This document shows positions 47,280-60,607 of a DNA stretch of 64,000 nt, piece after piece; position 1 is the first letter of the stretch; every line of letters starts with the position of its first letter. Source of the DNA: Paecilomyces variotii (Eukaryota); the NCBI GenBank assembly GCA_004022145.1, contig RCNU01000012.1; one strand, 5' to 3'. Under the pieces are notes generated by a model. That model did no database searches, was not told where the DNA came from, and saw only the letters and a program-made list of their open reading frames with translations. A program made the translations under genes and the position numbers.

Positions 47280-48169
47280 GATGGCGGGTACGGCGTGTGG
47301 GGACGCTCAGCGAATTTAGTTATAGCGTCACCAAGTCCAACTGGAGGTAAGTAGAAGAGCCAGTTGCACGACCAGAGAGGACGGTCCCAGAAGGCGAAAG
47401 AGAGAGAGAAAAAGAAAAATTCACAAGAAGAGGATGGTGAACAACGCGATGGATCGATAGATTAAGGTCAGAATTAAAGTCGAGCAGTAATGACGCTATC
47501 GGAGGAGACCGTTTTGCCGCCAACACGGAAAAACAAGGACGTGGGCGCGCCAGAGTGGGATGTGGGCGGGGGGGAAGATGTGATGAGCTGGTCTGTGTGT
47601 CTTATTTAGCTGGAGCAGAAGGGCTAGAATGGAATGCAGAGGAATACGAACGATGAGCGTCACGTCCTGCTGTTGTCAGTTAACTCATTCCAAAAAGTTG
47701 CCTCCAAAACGTCGAAGGCTTACCGTTAGTTGGTATCGAATTCCAGCTTGGAAATTGCAGCAGCAAGAGAGGGCGGCGACAGGGCTGCGATGACCTCAGG
47801 TTCCGAGAGCGATAATAATAATAATAATAATTGATGAATATTCCTCCTCCGTCAGTCAGTCACTAGAGCAGAATGCTAGCAGCAACTAATTAATTAATTA
47901 AATAATTAATGAATACTGCTAGCAACTGACAATCCACCCGGAACAAAGAAAAGGCAGCGTGGATCACAACGGACGCTGGTTGGCTGGAAGCACGTGGCGG
48001 GAGCAGCAGCGACGACGGGCGAGTTCCTCAATAGCGACGGCATGGAATTGAGGAATTCACAGGATGGTTGATATCAAGATCGATCACTCCCTGGTGGAGG
48101 GGAAGTGGAGCAGCAGGTTATATACGGATGCTCAACCAGGTGGTGTGAGCTCGAGGGAGAGTTCCCAGC

Positions 48170-48366
48170 CAGTCAGTCAATCAGTCAGTCTGTCAGTCAG
48201 TCAGTGACCCTGGAGTCGATGATGATGTTACCCGAAACGAAATGAGGGGGAAAAAAGACAGAATGAACCTTGAAGTATTACGCCAAGCACGAGGGAAATA
48301 ATAACCAGACTCAGATTATTATTAGTAGCGCGTGGTATCAAGGAATAATAATAATAATAATAATAA
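48170..48366. repeat. Simple repeats (CAGT)n and (AAT)n in the tpsA upstream region
   Basis: Imperfect CAGT/TCAG run at about 48170-48205 and (AAT)7 at about 48344-48366. Another (AAT)n run at about 47814-47831. Confidence 0.7.
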
Positions 48367-49513
48367 CTAGGAATTAACTAGATGAGTCTTTTTCTTTTTT
48401 GGCTTTGGCTTTCTGATCCTTGTCCCACCTCGGAGTAGAAAGAGCGGGGATGGACGATACAATCTTACTCTAGAGTACAGTAGTGGTGACGACGCCTGGA
48501 CGAGGCTCTCGATTATCGCTCTACTATCAGTACTTACTTGCTATAATCTCTACCCTATCGGATCCTATCCTATACTTACTGCATCGTACTTAAGAGTATT
48601 CAATGATATTGACTATATAGCATAGCTGACGTTTACTATCCTGAAAACAGACCATCTACCATGATACTCGACGACAACCTGACGTCGAACCCCAACCAAA
48701 GGAGGGGCAGCCCTAAGCCCTAAACTCAACCGCCTAAATGGGGTCACGGCAGTCTAGACCGCCCCGGGACTGCAGCGCATGCAAAGCAGATGCAACAGAT
48801 GATATTAGCCAGTCATCCATCCCTCCCTTCACCACGTTCTAGATCGACAGGATACAGAGTATCATCATCTTTACTGCATCGGATCTCCGGCGGGCAAGAA
48901 CGTCAAGAGAAACATGTGATTTCCCCAAAGGCAGGGTCTTAAATCAGGAATCGAAGAAAGGATATCAAAGAAAGAAAGGAGAGAGATCGGGCATCAGAGA
49001 TGACGGATGGATGCCAGAACACGGCCTTTTGTGTCTTCTCTCTCTTTGTTCGGGTTATCAGCAAAGCAGGAAAAACCACGCAAGTGAGGGACCGGGTGGG
49101 CTACCACGTTTGCCCCGGGCGTATCTTCGTTAAGACCCTATCAGATATTCAATGCAGGGGAAATTGGTGAGCCGGTGCAGATTACTCCGTATGAACCTAG
49201 TAGTTAGTCCCGCTTACTGGCTAGTAGTAAACATGGAAGAACCAGAGGGGGAACGTGTTATCAATCTGCGGGGGAAAACACAGGTCATAATAAGAAGAAA
49301 GTTATCCGCACCACTGGGGTAAAAAAGGGTAATAATAATATGTACTTATCGGGTATCACGCTATATAGTACTTTCACAATAGACTTTCCTATTCAGTTCC
49401 ATTCCAGGCAAAAAAAAAAGGATAATCTTAATATTAATAATATCACGCAATCCGTATCACAGTCATATTCATACTAGTCTTCAATGTAGCATGATCATAC
49501 GCACAGACAGCCT

Positions 49514-50615
49514 TCAAAGAGCCGGCCGGCCATTATTGCTCAGACTCCATCCCCCCGACTCCGCATGATGCTCGACTTTACCCTCATTCTCCAGTTTCAG
49601 CAGAATCTGCTGCACCCCATGCGACGCCGGCACATGCAGGCTTTCCGGGACATCCCGATAGATCACCCTGACCAACTCGAGCGGAGTCCACGACGCTTGA
49701 GATGTGCTCGACTCCGTCGCATCCGCCTCCACGGACCCGGTCCGGAGCACCCGCAGGACTTCCTCCTCGCGCTGCTGTCGATGTCGGATGTAGTCGGTGA
49801 TCTTGGTGCTGGCCTTTTCGATCACGGCACCGTGTCCAGGGTACGCCCGTCCCGAGACACGGTTCTGCATCTTGTGTAAACTGGCAAGATAGACCTTTAG
49901 GTCCTCAAAGACCGCAGTGCCATGGCCCAGAACATCTAGAACACACATGTGTTAGAAACTCCCAATTGAAACCAATGATATACTAGGAGTGATGAAATCC
50001 ACCCACTATCTCCACTAAAGATGGCATCCTCCTCTTCCAGGATAAACGCCATATGATCCACCGTATGTCCTGGAGTATGAAAAGCTCTCACAGTCGCTCC
50101 CTCGACCTGGAAGACCTGACCGTCTTCGATGTCGGTCTGTCCTTCGTCCGGCTGGTGCTTGTACACCGTGGCTTGTGGACAGATCTTCAGAAGATCCGGA
50201 ATACCCTTGACATGATCATGATGCCAATGCGTGATGAGGGCCTTTTGCACCGTCGCCTTCTCCTCCAGCAGGACGGATTGTAGCGAATTCGCCCAACTAG
50301 GGAATCCCTGGCCTGTGTCGATTAGCAGTCGCTGAGGGCCACGGCCAACAAGGTACGTGTTTGTGCCTGGTTCAATATTAGCCTTGTCCTCGTCCTGCTT
50401 GTCTTTTCGCAGAAGACAGAAGCATGGTTCCACATATTATTATTACCTTGTAATGTGAACTTGTATCCAGCGAATTATTAGCGTATATTCCCCCCAAAAC
50501 AAATCCAATCTCGTAGATAAAAGACACTCACCTTCCCCGGATTCCCACCCAAGATCCTCACCACAGAGGCACTCAGCCTTTCCACCTCTGGCAGCGCAAC
50601 CAGCTGCGTCGCCAT
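49514..50615 (-). CDS. Metallo-beta-lactamase fold protein, LACTB2-like
   Basis: RILGGNPGK|FTLQG|TNTYLVG, THWHHDH, HTPGHTVDH, FSGDNVLGHG, YPGHG, YIRHRQQRE. Includes a 13-nt exon at 50447-50459. Confidence 0.9.
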
Positions 50616-51508
50616 GGTAATGACAATCTAGGTGGACCTCTCCCCTAGGAATTCCTACGAGAGTGCGTCACTCGGTTCCTAGATGCTCATCCCGCTCAAG
50701 TCTCTGGCTCTGCTATATCGATGGAAATATTAATAAGAGCAGTAGTGGATGGTATGGAGAGTGGTATATCTACTCCGTTACTCGCAATCTCGTCAACGTG
50801 GGGTCGGATTGCGGAGATAAGTCCAAAGTCAAGCTGATCCTTACTAAGTAACTAGCTAACAGGCTAACTAACTAAGTCAGTTAACGAAGTTAATAATAAT
50901 AGTAGTAATAATAATTTATCTTGGACTGACTGCAACCTCGGCAGATCGAACTTTGTTTCTGCGAATAGGAAGCATGATTATGTCATTTACTCTTGCTCCC
51001 ATCCACCAGCTACAACTGAGTACATCTACATACATACAACTCGAATATGGATTAATACCAGATTCAAGACCCAGTTACAAGCGCTACGCAACCCAGATTA
51101 CGCCTACACAAGACGGGACAGGATGAACAGATGAAAAGTTTGCATGTATGCAGTCCCTAACACATAACAGTAGGAGAATAATATAAATATGACAGACTAT
51201 ATCCATGATTCCATTCCCAACGCGGAACAGACAAATGAGGCCAGTGCGCACCCAAGAGAACAAGTCAACAAAAATTTGACGCTTTGCTGCCGGACCCCCA
51301 ACTGCGCATGACCTGCGCCTTTCTCTCGCTCCCTTAGCACTTCTGCACGGGAGGACCAGCGATGCCGATTTCCCCCATGCCATGAATGTATACTTTTTCA
51401 TCGATAGTACCCGCCTCCATAATAAAACAGAAGTTTTCTAGAAAAAAACTCTCTGCATTGACATCAAAAACGTAGTAATACATTTCGGATCACCCGGCCA
51501 GAACTGAT

Positions 51509-54413
51509 TTAGTTCTGCTCCTTGGACTTGCGGGCCATGGTGTTGAGGGCAGATCCGTCGCGGAACCACTCGAGCTGGGACTCGTTGAAGGTGTGGTTGA
51601 GCTTGATGTCGAAGGTCTTGCCATCCTTGGGGTGGACGCGCAGAGTGACGGGCTTGCCAACCTCGAGCTCGGTGCAGAGCAGGTCAACACGGTCCTCGGG
51701 CTTGATCTTCTCGTAGTCGGCGGGGTCGGCGAAGGTCAGAGGAAGCATACCCTGCTTCTTCAGGTTGGTCTCGTGGATACGGGCGAAGGAACGGGTGATG
51801 ATAGCGAGACCACCGAGGTGACGGGGCTCCAGAGCGGCGTGCTCACGGGAGGATCCCTCACCGTAGTTCCAGTCACCAATAACAACCCACTTGATGCCAC
51901 GGGCCTTGTAGTCACGGGCAGTGGCGGGGACAGGAGCGTATTCACCAGTGATGGCGTTCTTGACCTTGTTGGCCTCACCGTTCTCCTCGTTGATGGCACC
52001 GATAAGCATGTTGTTGGAGATGTTGTCCAAGTGTCCACGGTACTTCAACCAGGGACCGGCCATGGAGATGTGGTCGGTGGTAGTCTTGCCCTTGCACTTG
52101 ATCAGGATGGGGAGGTCGGTGGCGTCCTTGCCGTCCCAAGGCTGGAAGGGAGTCAGGATCTGGAGACGGTCACTCTCGGGAGAAACAGCGACCTGGATAG
52201 ACTCGCGCTCGGCGGGAGGAGCCTGGTAGGTGTCACGGCCGGGGTCGTATCCGTTGGCGGGGAGACCCTCACCAGTGGGGGGAGCGAGCAGGAACTCGTT
52301 GCCATCCTTGTCCTTCAGCTTGTCGGTAAGAGGGTTGAACTTGAGGGTACCGGCAATGGTCATGGCGACGACCAGGTCGGGAGAGGCGACGAAAGCGTGG
52401 GTAGCAGGGTTGGCGTCGTTACGGCCAGTGAAGTTACGGTTGTAGGAGGAGATGATGGAGTTGGGCTCGCCCTTCTTCACGTCCTTACGGTCCCACTGTC
52501 CAATGCAAGGACCGCAGGCGTTGGCGAGGATAACACCACCGAACTCCTCGAGAGTCTGAAGCTGGCCATCACGCTCAATGGTGGCACGGATCTGCTCGGA
52601 ACCGGGGGTAACGGTGAACAGAGCCTTGGCCTTGATACCGTGGTTAAGGGCGTCACGAGCGATGGAGGCGGCACGGGACATGTCCTCGTAGGAGGAGTTG
52701 GTGCAAGAACCGATCAGACCGACCTTGAGCTCCTCAGGCCACTTGTTGGTCTCAACGGCCTCCTTGAACTTGGAGATGGGAGTGGCAAGGTCAGGAGTGA
52801 AGGGACCGTTGATGTGAGGCTCGAGCTCGGAAAGGTTGATCTCAATCAGCTGGTCGTACTCGGAACCCTCATCCTCACGGAGTTCCTTGGCGTACTCGCG
52901 GGAGAAGTCACCAATGTGCCTGCGCTTGGTGGCGTTGAGGTAGTCGTACATGCGGTCGTTGAAGGGGAAGAGAGAGGTGGTGGCACCGATTTCAGCACCC
53001 ATGTTACAGATGGTACCCATACCAGTGCAAGACAGGGACTCAACACCAGGACCGTGGTACTCGATGATGGCACCAGTACCACCCTTGACAGTGAGGAGAC
53101 CAGCGACCTTCAGGATGATATCTGCGGATCTCAAGTCAGAAATGCTAGCAAGCCACTGGGAGAAAGTATCGATAACTTACCCTTAGGAGAAGTCCAGCCG
53201 GACATCTTGCCGGTAAGCTTGACACCAATGACCTTGGGGGCCTTCAGCTCCCAGGGAAGACCAGCCATGACATCGACAGCGTCAGCACCACCAACACCGA
53301 TGGCGGCCATACCGAGACCACCGGCGTTAGGAGTGTGAGAGTCGGTACCGATCATCAGACCACCGGGGAAAGCGTAGTTCTCGAGGATGATCTGGTGGAT
53401 GATACCAGAGCCGGGCTTCCAGAAACCGATGTTGTACTTGGCACAAGAAGAAGACAGGAAGTTGTAGACCTCCTTGTTGATCTCGTTGGCACGAGCAAGA
53501 TCCTTGTCACCACCAACCTGGGCCTCAATCAAGTGGTCACAGTGGACGGTGGTGGGGGTAGCCACGGAGGGCATGCCTGCAGACATGAACTGCAGGATAG
53601 CCATCTGGGCAGTGGCATCCTGACAGGCGACACGGTCAGGACGGAGCTTGAGGTAGGACTTTCCACGCTCGATCTCCTGTCCGTGAGGGTCGTCAAGGTG
53701 AGAGTACAGGATCTTCTCAGCGTAGGTCAGAGGACGGTTGAGACGACGGCGGACAATGTCCAGGTTCTCAGACATCTTCCTACAGAGCACAATGGCATGT
53801 TAGCATTCCCGAGATCCTCGGCGCGAACGGGCGCAACTGCAACCCAACGGCAGTCGCCCACAACCAGCCAGTGGCATCTTGTAGGCGGCCATCGATAATA
53901 ACAAAGGACAATCATACTTGTAGTTGATGTAGTTACCCTGTAATAACCATATTAGCCGTCATCCTGCGTTATCACGGAGCAGCCCGTCCAGCCGGAGCTA
54001 GCCGAGGTAGGAACAAAAAATATTCACCACTCACCTTCTCCCAATTCGTCATCTCGACCTTCTTGTCGAGGGGAGAGTCGGCGACGGTGGCCAGGCTCCG
54101 AGACCCGAACATCTGCGATAGATATTGTCAGTGATCGCTCGTAAGTTGCATTTCTGCGGCCATCCCGATGGATCGCAGTTCGTAATGCAGCGGATGAGGT
54201 TGGCTTACAAGACGGGACTTGGGGCCCTGTGAGAGAAGTGTGTCAGCATGATGTCCATTATTATCGAGGTAGCAGCGTCTCCTGCTGGCATTACAGGACG
54301 CTGCTACAGCGTCGCAGGAGTTCTCAATTCTCTCCCTCGCGCGACAGTCCCTTGGGGGAAGAAAGGAAGAAACTTACCAGCGCACCCACGCGGGCAAGCC
54401 TAGTGGAGATCAT
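51509..54413 (-). CDS. acoA: Mitochondrial aconitate hydratase
   Basis: [69 protein letters not shown] 54413 encodes presequence [12 protein letters not shown]. Strong codon bias. Confidence 0.98.
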
Positions 54414-55068
54414 GATGGAAGCTCTCTAGGCACAAGACACAGAGCTCTAAGGACACATTCAAGGAGACGAAGCCCAAACAGCCAGCTCCAAGATATATGG
54501 GATGGGAGCAGGGAAGAAAGAGGAGTGGAGTGGTAGGGAAAGGGAGAAAGGTAGAGAAGTCAAGGTGACGACGGGGGGAATAAAAGAAGCTTGATGTTTT
54601 GAGGTGGGAAGATTCCGCCCACCGTCCGTTACAGCCGCTGTACGAGAACCGGAGGACAGACCGCAAGCGCCTGCTGCAGGATGACGGTATTGAACGGTAC
54701 GGCACCCGTACGGCTGCAGGCTGTTTCGGCACCGTTTCCAGCGCGTTTCCAGCCTGAGGCATGCGACCGGACACAAGGAAGGACGGCCCGGGCAACCAAC
54801 CGCGGCCCGTACAAAAAAAATCCAGCTGGCCAGTTCTCCGCCAGAGAGACCCATCTCACCGTAAGGCTGCTCGACGATTCGAAAAGCCGACACTGCCACT
54901 GGCTGGATGTCTTGTTTGGCCGTACTGCGAGTAATGCTGGTTACAATGGCCGTACGACAAGACGGAGGGGAGGTCCAGCTCATCATGACGCTCGTAATAA
55001 TCTTGGGTTTACGTTCGTCCGTCTGTGTGGTCACTCTGTGGCAAGCCCAGGCATGTGAGCCCTGCGGT

Positions 55069-55110
55069 CCAATCAGATCGCCCCTGATTACCGCACTGCC
55101 GATCAGATAA
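55069..55110 (+). promoter_or_regulatory. CBC:HapX bipartite motif (CSAAT-N12-RWT) plus adjacent ATCWGATAA in the acoA/bud20 divergent promoter
   Basis: CCAAT(55069-73)-CAGATCGCCCCT-GAT(55086-88), and ATCAGATAA at 55102-55110. Confidence 0.6.
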
Positions 55111-55639
55111 TTTACCTACCACGGCAGCTTCGAAGCACTTGGTTCAGTATTATGTACAGTATATATTGATGAGAACATTGTTCACGCTCTCAATTCGGTT
55201 GGTTACGAATTAAATGTAATATCTAAGTGGCAGTAATATCCCTCTCTGACTGCTTTTTTTTTTCTTCTCGAAGAATTCCAAATGCCCAGGGTGATTTTCT
55301 CTTCCCCACAGAGACACGGCCATGAGGGATAACCGGAAACGTCATAGATTACCATACAGCGCTGGTGGTACGGATCGGTACCGTATCGACCCACCTCCCT
55401 GCAACCAGTCCGAGCCAGAGCCGAGGCCCGCCGACGGTCGCCAGCCTCTCCCCAGCTGCCAATAACCAAAGAGGCATAAAAATTTGACCGACAGCTAAAA
55501 TCATTGAATTAGGTCGCGAGCACGCAGACCCGCAACCCGCAGGGTCCAGAAATCGAACTATCCTTCCGCTTATCGGTAAAATTATTTGCGACACTGCGAT
55601 AGAGTGCATCGTGCTGGATATCGATCCCAGACATCCAAA

Positions 55640-56126
55640 ATGGGCGCGGTAAGAAGGATCAAGACGAAGCGGATGACGAGGTATGTCGCTAGAGCCACAC
55701 ATGCAGAGTGCTATGAATAGAATCGAAGTTCTAACGATCACTCGTCTACAGGGGCTATGACCAGGTCCGCGCAGACCTTGACTCGTCCAAGCACCTCCGA
55801 CAATACAAGGCCACGAAAGATGCGGAAGATCTACCTGGTCTAGGAAAGCACTACTGTGTTGAGTGCGCCAAATGGTTTGAGAGCGAATACAATCTCAAGG
55901 CGCATACGAAAGGCAAAAACCACAAGAGAAGGTCAGTCTGGTTGATGGATTCGATATCTTTTGCGACAAAGACTGACTTCCCGTCTACTGCAGGGTGCGA
56001 ATTCTGCGCGAGGAAACATATACCCAGAAGGATGCTGAAGCAGCCGTGGGATTGGGAGTTGATAATGGCATTCGTTCCCAGGGACTAGCATCGTCCATGG
56101 ACATGGACGATTCCAACCAGAGCTGA
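55640..56126 (+). CDS. bud20: Bud20/ZNF593 C2H2 zinc-finger pre-60S export factor (missed by the ORF track)
   Basis: Introns 55681-55751 and 55932-55993 give MGAVRRIKTKRMTRGYDQV...EDLPGLGKHYCVECAKWF......HTKGKNHKRRVRILREETYTQKDAEAAVG. Confidence 0.92.
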
Positions 56127-56614
56127 AGCACAATAACATGGTGAAGGAGCATATCCGTCGTGGTCCATTATCACGGGCCCTCAAAAAAAAATAGTTTTCA
56201 ACGGGGATGATCGCCAAAATTAGACGCAACAATCTTCCGAGCCCAACTCCCAAGCCATAGTCTATTCTCGGCGACGGCACATCAGACCCTATTGGGAAGG
56301 ACACGATTGGCCATACTCAGAAAAGGGATTACGGATGGAAGAAAACTGAGGTTACCCGCTGTAACTACCGATTTCAGGCGCATTGTGCAGGGGAAGAAAG
56401 GTGCATTCTCCTGTGTATCTTCCGAGAATCGCCATAATCGAGTTCCGCAGGGCCGATCCGAAGCGGATGAATGGGTTCCGGTCCACGGATAAACGGCCAA
56501 AGTGCCGCTTTCGGAGAAAGGCTTTGCATCCTAGTGCCTGATAGTCGATACCCATAATAATAATTTCACAAAGACTTTTTTTACCCTCTTGGACTCCACT
56601 ATTGTTTTTTATTC

Positions 56615-57737
56615 CTATATTATTGATACAGGGTCATGCGCCTCTCCTAGCGGCTCCTTATTGAAGGCTTTCATAAGCCACTCGTACGTTGCCCACTGTA
56701 CAATGATGTAAGCAAATTGCACTCTCCTCGATTGGATGTCTACATACCTGTACTGCGTTTACTATGAACGCTCGCAGACTGCATACTCCGAGACCACGAT
56801 AAAAGGTCTTGAGCCCTTCTGTCTGATATGCTCGTTTCGCAATCTCGAAAGATGTCAATATCCGCCTGTCCCTTGCGGTAGACTCCAGAAGCGGTCGGGT
56901 GTCCGAAGGTACCGCCGCGTGAAAGTGACCACCTGTCTGAGCTTGTAGCTTTGTCTTGACAACATCGAGTGGGAACACAGAGGCCCATGTTATGATACCG
57001 GCTATACCGCCGCAGAGTAGGACTTTCATTGCGGTCTGAGACGCGCTCTCATTTTCGGTTGTCATATAGCGTTTCGAGAGCTCATAGGACCAGAAACTGC
57101 ATCACGGCGTCAGCACAAAGATGCGGATTGAAATGATGGCCATTCTCTCAGCGAGGCAGCCGTACTAGAACCCATAGCCCACAGAGTCCCTGACACATGT
57201 GATTACGCCTCCAAAATAGAGCCCTTTCAACCCATGTCTCTTATATAGATCTCTGAAAACTGTCCAGGACGAGACATCCGATCGTGAATTAAGCTGTGCT
57301 CGACATTTGACCAGCTCCGTCGGAGAGGAAACAATCCAGCTAGCGATGCCGCCCGCAGCACCAGCAATCCAGATTTTATGTAACGAAGTACCTGTTGGGT
57401 TTGTCGGATCCGTCACGGAGGGGTCCAGGGCCATCAATGTCCGGTTATACGCGACGAAGAGCAAGGCATTGAGAGCTCCATATCCTAGTATGGGAGCAGC
57501 GGCGCCTGTAAAACAGTCAAGTATGAATTACTGATCGATTCTCCCGTAATATTATTCCCAGAACTTACCTCGTACAAGAGAACCAGTATTCTCGAATTGC
57601 TTGCGGAGAGACCGTGGAGTTGCTGCAGCTCCCTCGGTCTGGCCTGCTTGCAATCGAACTTTGACCAGATCCAAAGGGTTGCCGATGATAATCCCAATGG
57701 CTCCGCTCAGGTAGCCAGCCCAGAAATCGGATGACAT
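56615..57737 (-). CDS. Mitochondrial carrier family protein (carnitine/basic amino-acid carrier-like)
   Basis: Three PX[DE]XX[KR] signatures: NPLDLVKVRLQ, SPTELVKCRAQ, FPLDVVKTKLQ. LRAFIVNAVQWATYE. Four exons. Confidence 0.9.
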
Positions 57738-57918
57738 AGACTGCAGTATCCTGCCTGGTAGTGGTCAATAATAGTATCCTTCATGGTGTAGATACCCTCG
57801 GAGCTCAATGATAAGTGTTGGCGGGGCGCTCCGGCGGCCCGCTGTTATCAGTCATGTGACGTCGCGGCATTTTGGTGATTAGGCTGCCAACACTGATACG
57901 CGCCGTCCACCGTATACG

Positions 57919-57924
57919 ACGCGT
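57919..57924. promoter_or_regulatory. MluI cell-cycle box (ACGCGT) upstream of rad54
   Basis: GACGCGTC at 57918-57925 and a near match ACGCGC at 57898-57903, in the short divergent promoter. Confidence 0.45.
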
Positions 57925-58060
57925 CTGAGCCGTCAAGAGTTGCAGAGTAACAACCCAAGCAAGTCCAACCACTACAGAACGACCAAGGTAGCGCAGGTGT
58001 CGTGGAGGAGACTTGGTGAACTTGGATACTTTTACTCTTGGGCTCTCTTTTTTTGATCAG

Positions 58061-60607
58061 ATGTAATTGTCCTCCGGTCTCCAAACATGTGTACTGCTTT
58101 ATCCTGACAATGCAGCAGGCATCGACCGCGGATCGCCACAGCAGAGGCTGGCGGAGCGACACCACAGAAAGCCACGCGTTTATACGGTGCCTCGAATCAG
58201 TCGATTGATCGCCTTACCAAACCTTTCAGATGTCCGGGTTCAGCGACGCCTACGAGAGCATCTGATAAGCCTACCCGCAAGAGACGCAAGGTCAACTACG
58301 CCGATGCAGATGGAAGTGTGGAAGATGGGAACAACAAGCCATGGACAAACGAAGAGCGTCTAGCGCTTGCTAACCGTGATGTAAATCGATACGGAGTTTT
58401 CAAAGTGAAGGATAAAGATACGATTTTTAAGCAACGGTTTTCTGTTCCCTTGAAAAACAAAGCAGCGGGCGGATACGATGCTTCCAGACCGGCACCTAGT
58501 CTAGGGATGAGACGAAGTACTGGCTTTATCGTGAAGCCTCTACATGATCCCAGCGGGGAATTTGCAATAGTTCTCTATGACCCAACAGTTGATGATGTGG
58601 AGGAGAATCCTGAATCGAAGGAGAAGGAGGATGGGCCAAAAGAGGACGAGAAACCGAAGCTGGACGAGCCGCTCGTACATAAGAGTCTGGCGGACATTCT
58701 TGGACTTAAAAAGAAGGTCGAAACTCGTCCTAAGGTTCCCGTCGTTATCGATCCGCGGTTGGCGAAGGTCCTTCGTCCCCATCAGGTGGAGGGTGTAAAG
58801 GTATGGCGTTTCTCATCATTTGGTCGGTTCCTGCCCTAATAACATGCACTAGTTCCTTTTCCGTGCCACGACTGGAATGATCGACAAGAATGCACATGGG
58901 TGCATTATGGCGGACGAGATGGGACTGGGCAAGACCCTTCAATGTATTACCCTGATGTGGACGCTTCTCAAACAGTCCCCGGAAGCCGGCAAAACGACAA
59001 TCCAAAAGTGTGTGATTACTTGCCCGTCAAGTCTTGTAACAAACTGGGCGAACGAGCTGGTCAAATGGCTGGGCAAAGACGCGATCATCCCATTCGCCGT
59101 TGATGGCAAGGCCACGAAAGCAGAGCTCGCATCGCAAATGAGGCAGTGGGCTATTGCCTCCGGACGCTCAATAGTGAGGCCAGTTCTCATAGTGTCCTAC
59201 GAGACGCTACGACTGAATGTCGACGAGCTCAGAGATGCCCCGATTGGTTTGTTGTTGTGTGATGAAGGGCATCGGCTGAAGAACAAGGACAGTCTGACTT
59301 GGACAGCACTGAATAGTCTCAATGTCACTCGCCGTGTTATCCTTTCTGGAACGCCCATTCAGAACGACCTTTCAGAGTATTTCTCGCTTCTGCATTTTGC
59401 AAATCCAAACTTGCTTGGATCACAAAATGAATTCCGCAAGAGGTTCGAAATACCTATTCTTAAAGGAAGAGATGCTGCGGGTTCCGAGGAAGATCGCAAG
59501 AAAGGAGATGAACGCCTGGGGGAATTAACAAACATTGTCAACAAGTTCATCATACGCCGCACCAATGACATTCTCTCGAAGTACTTGCCGGTCAAGTACG
59601 AGCACGTCGTCTTCTGCAATCTTGGAAAATTCCAGCTTGATCTCTATAATCATTTCTTGCAGAGTCCAGATATCAAATCCCTACTGAGAGGAAAAGGGAG
59701 TCAGCCCTTGAAGGCTATTGGCATTTTGAAGAAACTCTGCAACCATCCAGACCTTCTTGACCTCTCAAAGGATCTACCCGGATGTGAGCAGTTCTTCCCG
59801 GATGACTACGTCCCTCTGGAAGCTAGGGGCCGCGACAGAGATATCAAGTCTTGGTATTCAGGCAAGATGATGGTTCTCGATCGCATGTTGGCACGTATCC
59901 GCCAAGACACCAATGACAAAATCGTCCTGATCAGTAATTACACTCAGACGCTCGATCTTTTCGAGAAGCTCTGCCGCGCTCGAACATATGGTTGCCTGCG
60001 GCTCGACGGCACCATGAATGTGAAGAAGCGGCAGAAGCTGGTCGACAAGTTCAATGACCCTGATGGTGAAGAATTCGTCTTCCTGCTCAGTAGCAAGGCC
60101 GGTGGATGTGGTCTGAATCTGATAGGTGCAAACCGTCTTGTGCTTTTCGACCCAGACTGGAACCCCGCTGCTGATCAGCAGGCGCTGGCTCGAGTCTGGC
60201 GTGACGGACAAAAGAAAGACTGTTTTGTCTACCGTTTCATTGCCACTGGATCAATCGAGGAGAAGATCTTCCAGCGTCAATCTCACAAGCAGTCGCTATC
60301 CAGCTGCGTCGTCGATTCCGCCGAAGACGTCGAGCGACACTTCTCTCTGGATTCACTTAGAGAACTATTTCAATTCAAACCAGATACGCGGAGTGACACC
60401 CATGACACGTTCAAATGCAAGAGGTGCAGGCCAGAAGGGGGTCAGTATATTAAGGCACCAGCCATGCTCTACGGTGACACCAGTTCTTGGAATCATTTCG
60501 TAAACGATGGCGAGAAGGGGGCATTGGGCAAGATACAAGACTTGCTTCTGAGACAGGAAACTACAGAGAACGACGTCTCAGCCGTATTCCAGTATATCAG
60601 CCACTGA
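58061..60607 (+). CDS. rad54: DNA repair/recombination SNF2 translocase Rad54
   Basis: Rad54_N (PLHDPSGEFAIVLYDP), LRPHQVEGV, GCIMADEMGLGKT, CDEGH, SGTPIQNDLSEY, LSSKAGGCGLNLIGANRL, QALARVWRDGQKK. Start inferred as split AT|G (intron 58063-58118). Intron 58801-58852. Confidence 0.95.

Noticed and set aside
48710-48724. Telomere-like CCCTAAGCCCTAAA (also isolated TTAGGG at about 1758 and 19398)
   Set aside because: Only one or two degenerate units, so not a telomere or interstitial array.
49514-50615. MBL protein as a polyketide-releasing thioesterase of a secondary-metabolite cluster
   Set aside because: There is no PKS/NRPS in the window and the neighbours are housekeeping genes. LACTB2-like is the simpler call.
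51593-53338. 581-aa ORF antisense to aconitase (and 53335-53898)
   Set aside because: It is a mirror-frame artefact of strong codon bias in a highly expressed gene, has no recognisable domain and starts at a non-ATG codon.
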